From an uncultured bacterium (GTDB taxonomy: Bacteria > Gemmatimonadota > Gemmatimonadetes > Gemmatimonadales > Gemmatimonadaceae), in NCBI GenBank assembly GCA_963978095.1, contig CAXBQP010000051.1, forward strand, positions 1 through 21,049: 21,049 bases of DNA, in the 5' to 3' direction. Positions within the stretch are counted from its first letter, which is position 1. Each line of letters starts with the position of its first letter. The position numbers and the translations under genes are program-made. The notes under the pieces are model-generated. The model was not told where the DNA came from. It searched no databases and saw only the letters and a program-made list of their open reading frames with translations. This document shows, piece by piece, positions 1-7,039 of this stretch.

Positions 1-61
1 GCCAGCCCCCTCGCGCGTCGACACCGGCATCACTGGCCAGTCGACGCGCGAGGGGGCTGGC
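1..61. repeat. Perfect 22-bp inverted repeat at the window edge (probable fold-back artefact)
   Basis: 1-22 GCCAGCCCCCTCGCGCGTCGAC is the exact reverse complement of 40-61, with a 17-nt spacer. Confidence 0.9.
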
Positions 62-448
62 CACGGTGCGGCCGCCGCTGGCGGCGGTCGCCGGTACTGG
101 TGCTGCTGCCGGCGATTTGGCTGCCGAGGCAGTTGCCGGTGCCGGGGGTGGTGCAGACGTCGACGCTGCGGCTGGGGCCGTACCACCCAGCAGCGCGGCG
201 ATGTCCTCGCTGGCCGTCCCGATCACGCCAACAAGGGTGCCGACCGGCACCGCGTCGCCCTCGGCCACCAGCCGCTTGCGGAGGACGCCTTCGCCGCGTG
301 CGACGAGTTCCATGACCGCCTTGTCGGTCTCGACCTCGGCGAGCACGTCGCCCGACTTCACGGCGTCCCCTTCGTTCTTGAGCCACTTCACCAGGCGCCC
401 CTCTTCCATCGTGGGAGAGAGCGCCTCCATGGATACTTTGGTCGCCAT
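2..448 (-). CDS. pdhC: Pyruvate dehydrogenase E2 dihydrolipoamide acetyltransferase, N-terminal part (runs off the window)
   Basis: Not in the ORF track; translated by hand from ATG at 448: MATKVSMEALSPTMEEGRLVKWLKNEGDAVKSGDVLAEVETDKAVMEL. This gives a lipoyl domain with ETDKA, an Ala/Pro linker and the start of the E1/E3-binding domain (ASPLARRLA). It begins 3 nt after the pdhB stop. Confidence 0.95.
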   Translation of the reverse strand, partial: MATKVSMEALSPTMEEGRLVKWLKNEGDAVKSGDVLAEVETDKAVMELVARGEGVLRKRLVAEGDAVPVGTLVGVIGTASEDIAALLGGTAPAAASTSAPPPAPATASAAKSPAAAPVPATAASGGRTVASPLARRLASDAGVDARGGW

Positions 449-451
449 TGC

Positions 452-1435
452 TCAGGCCTCGAGGTACATGACTTTCTTGACCGCCGCGATCGTCTTGGCG
501 AGATCCGGCTTCGCGGCGCGCTCCAGCATCTTGGCGTAGGGCATCGGGACTTCCGCCTGATGCACACGGATCACCGGGGCATCGAGATGGTCGAAGCAGT
601 CGCGCTGGATGTAATCCACCACTTGTGCGCCGATGCCGCAGATCTCCCAGCCTTCCTCGAGCACGACGGCGCGATTGGTCTTCTTGACGCTCGTCGTGAT
701 CGCGTCGACGTCCATGGGCCGGATCGTACGGAGATCGACGACGTCGATCTTGATCCCTTCCTTGGCGAGCGCATCCGCGGCCTGCATCGCGACCAGCACC
801 ATCTTGCCGCTCGTGATGATCGAGCAGTCGCTCCCCTCGCGCTTGAGCTCGGCCTTGCCAAGGGGAATGAGGTACTCCTCCTCGGGAACTTCGCCCTTGG
901 TGTTGTAGAGCATCTCCCCTTCGAGTACGATCACCGGGTTGTCGTCGCGGATGGCGCTCTTCAGCAGCCCTTTCGCGTCGTAGGGCGTCCCTGGCGCGAC
1001 GACCTTGAGGCCCGGGATATGCGCCAGCCACGATTCCCACGCCTGCGAGTGCTGCGCCGAGAGCTGCAGCGCGGCGCCGTTCGGGCCGCGGAAGACCATC
1101 GGCATCGGGAACTGCCCCCCGCTCATGTAGAGCATCTTCGCGGCGGCATTCACGACCTGATCGATGGCGAGCAGGGCGAAGTTCCACGTCATGAACTCGA
1201 CGATCGGGCGGAGTCCCACCATGGCCGCACCCACGCCGACCCCGGCGAAGCCGAGCTCGGTGATCGGCGTGTCCACCACCCGCATCTCGCCGAACTCCTC
1301 GAGGAGCCCCTTGGACACCTTGTACGCACCATTGTAGACGCCGACTTCCTCTCCCATGAGGAAGACGCGGTCGTCCTTGTGCATCTCTTCACGGAGCGCC
1401 TGGTTGAGCGCGTCACGGTACGTGATGATCGGCAT
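452..1435 (-). CDS. pdhB: Pyruvate dehydrogenase E1 beta subunit
   Basis: Motifs MGEEVG, DTPITE, EFMTWNF, RGPNG and QHSQ; lies between pdhA and pdhC; GGAGG SD inside the end of pdhA. Confidence 0.97.
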   Translation of the reverse strand: MPIITYRDALNQALREEMHKDDRVFLMGEEVGVYNGAYKVSKGLLEEFGEMRVVDTPITELGFAGVGVGAAMVGLRPIVEFMTWNFALLAIDQVVNAAAKMLYMSGGQFPMPMVFRGPNGAALQLSAQHSQAWESWLAHIPGLKVVAPGTPYDAKGLLKSAIRDDNPVIVLEGEMLYNTKGEVPEEEYLIPLGKAELKREGSDCSIITSGKMVLVAMQAADALAKEGIKIDVVDLRTIRPMDVDAITTSVKKTNRAVVLEEGWEICGIGAQVVDYIQRDCFDHLDAPVIRVHQAEVPMPYAKMLERAAKPDLAKTIAAVKKVMYLEA

Positions 1436-1438
1436 CGG

Positions 1439-2458
1439 TCAGCCCTCCTGCGTGGTGTCGGAGGTCGTTTCCACGAAGACATCCTCGTAGAGCGCCTCGA
1501 TCGGCGGCTCGGGGCTGGCATCGGCATAGTCCCACGAATCCTGCACGGTCGCCGCGATCTCGTGCTCGATCTCCGCCACGAGTGCCTCGCTCAGGGTGCC
1601 GTCGGCCGTCATCCGGGCCTTGAGCAGGTTGATCGGATCGCGCTTCATGTACTCTTCGAGTTCGGCCTTGGAGCGGTAGGTGCCGGAGACCGCGTCGCTC
1701 ATGGAGTGACCCATGAAGCGGTAGGTCTTGATCTCGAGCAGGGTCGGCTCGTAACTCTCGCGCGCGCGGGACACGGCGGCGGTCATCGCCTCGCGCACGG
1801 CGAACACGTCCTGCCCGTCGACCGCTTCGCTGTGGATCGCGTACGTCTCGCCGCGCTTGTACATCTCCGCGATCGAACTCGCGCGGTTCATCGCGGTTCC
1901 CATGCCGTAGCGGTTGTTCTCGATCACGTACACCACGGGAAGCTTCCAGAGTCCCGCCATGTTGAGCGACTCGTGGAACGCACCGTTGTTCACCGCGGCC
2001 TCGCCCATGAAGCAGACGATGCACTGGTCGCCGCCGCGATACTTGATGGCGAAGCCGACTCCGGTGGCGATCGGCACGTGGCCGCCGACGATGCCGTGTC
2101 CGCCGAGGAATCCAACGCTGCGGTCGAAGAGGTGCATGGAGCCGCCCTTGCCGCGCGAGCATCCGTCGATGCGGCCGAACAACTCCGCCATCACGCTCCG
2201 GGCGCTCATGCCGCGCGCGAGGGCCTGGCCATGGTCGCGGTAGGTCGTGATCACGTAGTCGTCGTGACGCAACGCCGACATGACGCCCGTGCCGACCGCT
2301 TCCTGGCCGATGTACAAATGGCAGAAGCCACCGATCTTCCCGAGCGCGTACGCCTCGGCGACCTTCTCCTCGAATCGGCGCTGCAGGATCATGGAGTGCA
2401 GCAGCTCGCGGTGCAGCGTCGCGTCGCCGGGTGATTCGGATTTCTTCTTGCTTGCCAT
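1439..2458 (-). CDS. pdhA: Pyruvate dehydrogenase E1 alpha subunit
   Basis: Motifs GFCHLYIGQEA, YRDHG, GKGGSMH, ENNRYGMGT and TYRFMGHSMSD. Start moved to ATG 2458 (MASKKK) because the longer ORF overlaps lipA. Confidence 0.96.
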   Translation of the reverse strand: MASKKKSESPGDATLHRELLHSMILQRRFEEKVAEAYALGKIGGFCHLYIGQEAVGTGVMSALRHDDYVITTYRDHGQALARGMSARSVMAELFGRIDGCSRGKGGSMHLFDRSVGFLGGHGIVGGHVPIATGVGFAIKYRGGDQCIVCFMGEAAVNNGAFHESLNMAGLWKLPVVYVIENNRYGMGTAMNRASSIAEMYKRGETYAIHSEAVDGQDVFAVREAMTAAVSRARESYEPTLLEIKTYRFMGHSMSDAVSGTYRSKAELEEYMKRDPINLLKARMTADGTLSEALVAEIEHEIAATVQDSWDYADASPEPPIEALYEDVFVETTSDTTQEG

Positions 2459-2523
2459 TGCGATCGTGTGGTGAGCGCACGCCGGAGACCGAGGGGCGCG
2501 CGGTGAGTGAACGAGCCGCCGGG

Positions 2524-3432
2524 TCAGACCCCGGCCGCCTGCACCTGCTCCCAAGCGTGGTAGCTCGAACGGACGAGCGGCGCGCTCTCGACGTGCTTGA
2601 AGCCCATCGCCATGCCGGCGTCGTAGAACATCCGGAACTCATCCGGCGTCACGTAGCGGTCCAGCGCGATATGGTCATTGCTCGGCTTGAGATATTGGCC
2701 GAGGGTGAGGATGTCGACGTCGACCGTGCGCAGGTCGCGCATGGTGTCGAGGACCTCCTCGTTGGTCTCGCCCATGCCGAGGATGATCCCCGTCTTGGTG
2801 GGGATGTCCGGGGCGACGGACTTGGCGAAACGGAAGATGTCCTTCACGCGCTCGTAGCGTCCGCCGGGGCGGGCCTTCTTGTACAGGCGCGGGACGGTCT
2901 CGGTGTTGTGGTTGTAGATCTCCGGGCGCGCCTCGAGCACGGTGCGAATGGAGTCCTCATGGCCCTGGAAGTCGGGGACGAGCACCTCGACCGAGCAGGT
3001 CGGCACGCGTTCGTGGACCTGACGGATGACCTCGGCGAACGCCCATGCGCCGTAGTCGGGGAGATCGTCGCGGTCCACCGAGGTAATGACGAGATGGCGG
3101 AGATTCATCTTCTCCGCGGCCTCCGCCACGCGCTTCGGCTCCGCCGGGTCGAACTTGGGCGGTCGTCCGTGGGCGACGGCGCAATAGGCGCAGTTCCGGG
3201 TGCAGACGTCGCCCAGGATCATGAACGTCGCGGTGCCGTGGTCCCAGCACTCGCCGATGTTGGGGCAATGGGCCTCCTCGCAGACGGTATGGAGGTCCAG
3301 CTCCTGCATCATGTTCTTGAGATGCAGGTACGACTTCCCCCCCGGCGCCTTGACTTTGAGCCATGACGGCTTGCGGTCAGGGAGCGCCGGTGCACGATGG
3401 CGTCCGAGGATCTGGTACAGGTGTTCGCCCAT
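2524..3432 (-). CDS. lipA: Lipoyl synthase
   Basis: CEEAHCPNIGEC (CX4CX5C), radical-SAM CTRNCAYC and C-terminal RSSY. Start at ATG 3432 follows a GGAG SD. Confidence 0.97.
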   Translation of the reverse strand: MGEHLYQILGRHRAPALPDRKPSWLKVKAPGGKSYLHLKNMMQELDLHTVCEEAHCPNIGECWDHGTATFMILGDVCTRNCAYCAVAHGRPPKFDPAEPKRVAEAAEKMNLRHLVITSVDRDDLPDYGAWAFAEVIRQVHERVPTCSVEVLVPDFQGHEDSIRTVLEARPEIYNHNTETVPRLYKKARPGGRYERVKDIFRFAKSVAPDIPTKTGIILGMGETNEEVLDTMRDLRTVDVDILTLGQYLKPSNDHIALDRYVTPDEFRMFYDAGMAMGFKHVESAPLVRSSYHAWEQVQAAGV

Positions 3433-3486
3433 CGGGGCTCCCGTGGCTCGGGGCACGAGACTGCTCGCAACCCGGTGATGGACAAG

Positions 3487-3516
3487 AATCTAGGAGGTGT
3501 GTTCGGCCCCCGCCAA
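3487..3516 (-). promoter_or_regulatory. Putative sigma70-type promoter for lipA-pdhABC
   Basis: Minus strand TTGGCG-N18-TAGATT, about 55 nt upstream of the lipA ATG. Confidence 0.45.
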
Positions 3517-3521
3517 GAGGC

Positions 3522-3554
3522 AGTAACCGGTATTTTCTATATTAGACGGTTACT
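3522..3554. promoter_or_regulatory. Palindromic operator-like site in an AT-rich patch
   Basis: AGTAACCG-N17-CGGTTACT with perfect 8-bp arms; only 8 of 31 bases are G/C over 3530-3560; lies in a divergent intergenic region. Confidence 0.55.
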
Positions 3555-3601
3555 AATTTCCGTGCTTCGGGACTATCTTTTCGCGTCGACGCCACTGGCA
3601 C

Positions 3602-3630
3602 TCGCCGCCACGTGGCACCTGTCGTAGAAT
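3602..3630 (+). promoter_or_regulatory. Putative promoter for the 71-aa membrane protein
   Basis: TAGAAT -10 at 3625-3630 with a weak TCGCCG -35 at 17-nt spacing. Confidence 0.35.
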
Positions 3631-3697
3631 CCATCGTCCGCGAAACCCGCCGCTCGCAGCGTCCGTACGGCAGAGAGACCCGATCAAGGACCCCGGC

Positions 3698-3913
3698 ATG
3701 CTCCGCACGTTGTTCATGGTAGGCATCATGGCCGTCGTCGGCCTGTTTGTGTTGCAGCTGGCCTTTGGCCTCTTCGGTGTGGTGCTGGGGCTGTTCTTCT
3801 CGATCGTGGGGATCGCACTCCGGCTGCTGGTCGTGGGCGCGATCGTCTACTTCGTAATCCGGATCGTGAGTCCGCGCACGGCGCGCGAGCTGCGCGAGAA
3901 GTTCGAGCGGTAG
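3698..3913 (+). CDS. Small hydrophobic membrane protein (about 2 TM helices), unknown function
   Basis: 71 aa, almost entirely hydrophobic, with a basic C-terminal tail; AAGGA SD upstream; fills an otherwise empty gap. Confidence 0.85.
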   Translation: MLRTLFMVGIMAVVGLFVLQLAFGLFGVVLGLFFSIVGIALRLLVVGAIVYFVIRIVSPRTARELREKFER

Positions 3914-3929
3914 TCGCCCTTCGGTGCGG

Positions 3930-4892
3930 TCAGCGGGCGTCCAGCGCGTCCGCCACCGCCCAGCAGAGCATCGGGACCATGATCTCGTGATGCCCGGTGA
4001 TCTCGTACCCCCGGCCGGCGTCGATCGTCGGTCGCTGCACCACGTTGACGCGCGGCCGATAGTGCCGCTGCATGTCGAGATCCACGGTCGTGAAGTCGCG
4101 TGGCGCCCCGGCGTTGAGGTTGCGGGCGATGGTGAGTGCCTTCAGGAACACCTCCGGCATGATCACGGCGCTTCCGCAGTTGAGGGCCACGCCGCCGTGA
4201 TCGAGCCGCTCGAGCGAGGCGGCCAGCCGGCGGAAGTCGCGATGGCTCGTGTCGCCGATCGCGGCCCCGTTGGCGGCTGGGTGCTGGTGGATGATCTCGG
4301 CCCCGAGTGCCGCGTGCACGGTCACGGGAATGTCGAGCCGCCACGCGTTGAGGATCACGCTCAGGTCGGGGTGCGCTGCGGTCGCATCGGCGGCGATCGC
4401 ACGCGCGACGGATTCCCCCATGCCGCGCTCGTCGGCCATGCCCCGGACGAACGCCTCGTTCAGTCCGCGCCCGGTCTCTTCGGCCATGCCGAAGGAGCCG
4501 TCGCGGAGACCGGCGGCCACATCCTCGGAGGTCCCGCCGAAGCGGGCCATCTCATAATCGTGGATGGCGGCGGAGCCGTTCATCGCGAGGTGGGTGATCA
4601 CCCCGCGGCGCATCAGGTCGATGAGCACCGGGGCCAGCCCTGTCTTGACGATGTGGCCGCCGAGCATGACGACCACCCCCTTGTTCGCGCGGGCCGCGCC
4701 CGCGATGGCGTCGACGACTTTGCGGAAGTCGCGGGCGACCAGCACATCGGGCAGCGCGTCGAGAAAGGCATGAAAGGAGCGATCCGTGCCCGGGGGACGC
4801 GAGAAATCCTCGGCGCGCACCTTGTTGGCCCGACCGGAGATGGGGATGGTGCGGATCTGGGAGAGATCAGCTTCGCGCGGCGAGTCGCTCAC
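3930..4892 (-). CDS. Uncharacterised deoxyhypusine-synthase-fold-like protein (GSU2086-like family, from recollection)
   Basis: Motifs LGGHIVKTGL, NGSAAIHDYE, TSEDV, FGMAEETG and GSAVIMPEVFLKAL. GTG start at 4892 follows a GAGGT SD that overlaps the upstream stop codon. Confidence 0.75.
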   Translation of the reverse strand: MSDSPREADLSQIRTIPISGRANKVRAEDFSRPPGTDRSFHAFLDALPDVLVARDFRKVVDAIAGAARANKGVVVMLGGHIVKTGLAPVLIDLMRRGVITHLAMNGSAAIHDYEMARFGGTSEDVAAGLRDGSFGMAEETGRGLNEAFVRGMADERGMGESVARAIAADATAAHPDLSVILNAWRLDIPVTVHAALGAEIIHQHPAANGAAIGDTSHRDFRRLAASLERLDHGGVALNCGSAVIMPEVFLKALTIARNLNAGAPRDFTTVDLDMQRHYRPRVNVVQRPTIDAGRGYEITGHHEIMVPMLCWAVADALDAR

Positions 4893-4899
4893 GGGGACC

Positions 4900-5757
4900 T
4901 CAGGGGCGCTTGGTGGAGTCGTTCGGGTTCGTGGAACGCAGGGGCATGACATTTTGCATCTTGCGCAACGCAAGGCTCAGGGAGGCGATGGAGCCCAGTT
5001 TCACATTCATCCGCAGGAGCAGGTGGCGCTCGTCGTCGGAGAGCCAGATCTCGGCACGCCCGCCTTCGGCGAAGAGCCCGCTCGTCTTGATGATCGGGCG
5101 AATCACGATCGCATCGAAGCTGCCGGCGGGAACCGTGACGCGTTCCTTGCGCAGCACCTGGATGACCACGGGATTGGCGTTGGGGTCGAAGTAGCGGTTG
5201 AACTCGTAGCGCTTGCCGACCTCGAGGGGGATGGTGCGCAGAAAAAAGAAGAACGCGGCATCGTCGAGCGGCGCCTCCACCGAGGGACGCTCACCCTTGC
5301 CGTGTTCGACGAAGGTCTTCCGCTCCGGGAAGATGTCGTAGATGCGCAGCTTCGCGTTCCCCAACTCGTTCAGGTCCTGCACGAAGCGCAGGGAGTTGAG
5401 CGATTGCGTGTCGAGGAAGCTGTCGTACGAATCATCGATCCGCACGCCGGGAATCCCGCCGGTGATATTGAAGCGCAGTCGCCAGGCGGTGCGGCCGCGC
5501 AGCGTGTCGAGTCCCACGACGATCATGCGGCCGGAGCCGGCCTCGAGGAACCCGACCTTGAGCGTGTACTCGAGGAACTCGCCTTTGCTCCATGGGACGG
5601 CCGCCATGGGACGCGGCCCCGGGGTGCCCTGCGCACGCAGCATCGCGAGCGGTGCATGCAGGGCGGCGACCGCGACCCCGAGGTGGAGTGCAGACGCGAG
5701 CACAACGGCGCGCGTCGCGAGCCGAGTCGCTAAGCGCGCCGCAGGACGAGCACTCAC
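4900..5757 (-). CDS. Exported DUF3108-like beta-rich protein
   Basis: Signal-peptide-like N-terminus, GEFLEY, ERVTVPAGSFDA and IWLSDD motifs typical of DUF3108; GTGA overlap with the GT2 stop. Confidence 0.82.
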   Translation of the reverse strand: MSARPAARLATRLATRAVVLASALHLGVAVAALHAPLAMLRAQGTPGPRPMAAVPWSKGEFLEYTLKVGFLEAGSGRMIVVGLDTLRGRTAWRLRFNITGGIPGVRIDDSYDSFLDTQSLNSLRFVQDLNELGNAKLRIYDIFPERKTFVEHGKGERPSVEAPLDDAAFFFFLRTIPLEVGKRYEFNRYFDPNANPVVIQVLRKERVTVPAGSFDAIVIRPIIKTSGLFAEGGRAEIWLSDDERHLLLRMNVKLGSIASLSLALRKMQNVMPLRSTNPNDSTKRP

Positions 5758-6515
5758 GCGGCTGGCGTCGGGGGTCGGCGGCCGCGGGCGGCCCAGCTCC
5801 GCTTGACGAGATCGACCGCGTCAGGCCACGCCTGCACGCGACTTTCGCGTGGTCGCAGGTCCCATCGCGATTCCAATGGCACGGATTCGATCCGCCGTGC
5901 CATCGGCGCGGCTTCTCGCAACAGTTCCATGTTGGCGGTCCACACGGGGGCGTCGGCCGCGGGCAGGACCCCGGCTTTCAGCAGGTCGCGCACGAGGCTG
6001 ATCCGGAACAATCGGTAGCCGGCGAACGGATCCTTCACACCGGGGACGGTGACCACGCGTCGGATGGGCCAGAGCATGGGAACCCAGCGGACGTATTTGC
6101 CAAGCGTCTTGACCGCCTCCGGCGCGGCATCGGACAGCACCCGTTCCCCGACGACGATATCGGCGCCTCCCTCGAACCGCTTCACGAGCTCCGGGAGATG
6201 CTCGGGCTGATCGGTGAAATCGGCTTGCATCATGATCACCGCATCGCGGCGCGGATAGCGGGTCCGGTCGCTGGCGGCGCGCAGGAGCGCTTCGGTGGCT
6301 TTGGCGTACCCGATCCGTGTCGTGCCGCTGATGACCGAGACCGGCATCACCTTCTGGTAGGGCTCGAGCGTTTCCGCGGTGCCATCGGTGCTGGCGTCGT
6401 CGTAGACCAGCACCTCGTACTCGCGGGAGTAGTCCTGGAACACCTTGCGGATGCGCCAGAGCAACACGCCGACGGTCGGCGCTTCATTGTACGACGGGAT
6501 GCAGATATACAGCAC
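5754..6515 (-). CDS. Glycosyltransferase family 2 (DPM-synthase-like) protein with a degenerate DxD motif
   Basis: N-terminal ICIPSYNE, YDDASTDGT, GADIVVGER and DPFAGYR; start placed at GTG 6515. Confidence 0.88.
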   Translation of the reverse strand: MLYICIPSYNEAPTVGVLLWRIRKVFQDYSREYEVLVYDDASTDGTAETLEPYQKVMPVSVISGTTRIGYAKATEALLRAASDRTRYPRRDAVIMMQADFTDQPEHLPELVKRFEGGADIVVGERVLSDAAPEAVKTLGKYVRWVPMLWPIRRVVTVPGVKDPFAGYRLFRISLVRDLLKAGVLPAADAPVWTANMELLREAAPMARRIESVPLESRWDLRPRESRVQAWPDAVDLVKRSWAARGRRPPTPAA

Positions 6516-6547
6516 GCGGCGCGTGAATCCGGAGAAAGGGAACAGGA

Positions 6548-6553
6548 AAGCTA
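6548..6553 (-). promoter_or_regulatory. Putative -10 element for the GT2-DUF3108-DHS-like operon
   Basis: TAGCTT 32 nt upstream of the GTG; the same hexamer occurs upstream of gcvP. Confidence 0.4.
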
Positions 6554-6636
6554 GGCACGACGAGCGCCCTGTCGCTACGGGTGGACTCCGCGGGGCCGCG
6601 GCGGTCGGACGGGCGGCCTGAGCGGTCGGCGGCGGT

Positions 6637-7038
6637 TCAGCGAACGACCGTGACCACACTCGCTCCGGTGACACCGCTCACCAGGGCATACACCGTGGCG
6701 ACGCCGAGTTTCCGTGAGCGGAACCACACGCTGGCGCCGGTGGTCGCGCTGATCGTGCCGACGGAGTCGGGACCGTAGGCCCAGGTGGTCGGAGGAAAGC
6801 TTCCCACCGAGGTGTTCGATGCCCGGATGGGTGTGGCGACGATCTGCACACTGTCACCGAGGGTGATTCGCGACGTTTGGGGGACCATCGCCACGCTGGC
6901 TGGCGTGTCGATCCCAGTGGTTGCCGTCGTCGTGGTGATCTGGGGCGCGGGCTCGCCGAGTCCGGCGAAGCCGCACGCGGACGTCAACGCGAGCATCCCC
7001 AGGAGCACGCCGGAGGCCACCAGCGGTACGCGTTGCAT
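6637..7038 (-). CDS. Putative lipoprotein with a Thr-rich linker and an Ig-like (Big_2-like) domain
   Basis: ATG 7038 lies 1 nt after the upstream stop; lipobox LTSAC; beta-strand pattern (LGDSVQIVATP...GVATVYA...ASVVTVV). Confidence 0.75.
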   Translation of the reverse strand: MQRVPLVASGVLLGMLALTSACGFAGLGEPAPQITTTTATTGIDTPASVAMVPQTSRITLGDSVQIVATPIRASNTSVGSFPPTTWAYGPDSVGTISATTGASVWFRSRKLGVATVYALVSGVTGASVVTVVR

Positions 7039-7039
7039 C

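Noticed and set aside
30..1187. 385-aa Arg-rich minus-strand ORF
   Set aside because: Alternate frame of pdhB/pdhC with R/G/P-rich off-frame composition.
560..2434. 624-aa plus-strand ORF
   Set aside because: Antisense shadow of pdhA/pdhB caused by GC-rich codon bias; no recognisable motifs.
3527..3552. Possible dif (XerCD) site in the AT-rich palindrome
   Set aside because: One side has a TTA flanking a 6-bp TCTATA core, but there is no TTATGTTAAAT-like XerD arm.
3595..3625. TGGCAC hexamers suggesting a sigma54 promoter
   Set aside because: Neither is followed by TTGC at the required spacing.
4893..4973. Cys-rich N-terminal extension (MRCARCKMSCPC) on the DHS-like ORF
   Set aside because: Overlaps the DUF3108 gene in another frame; the SD-supported GTG at 4892 is the better start, so this is not a metal-binding motif.
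6584..6606. GC hairpin CCGCGG-GG-CCGCGG downstream of the lipoprotein gene
   Set aside because: Short, no U tract, and expected by chance at this GC content.
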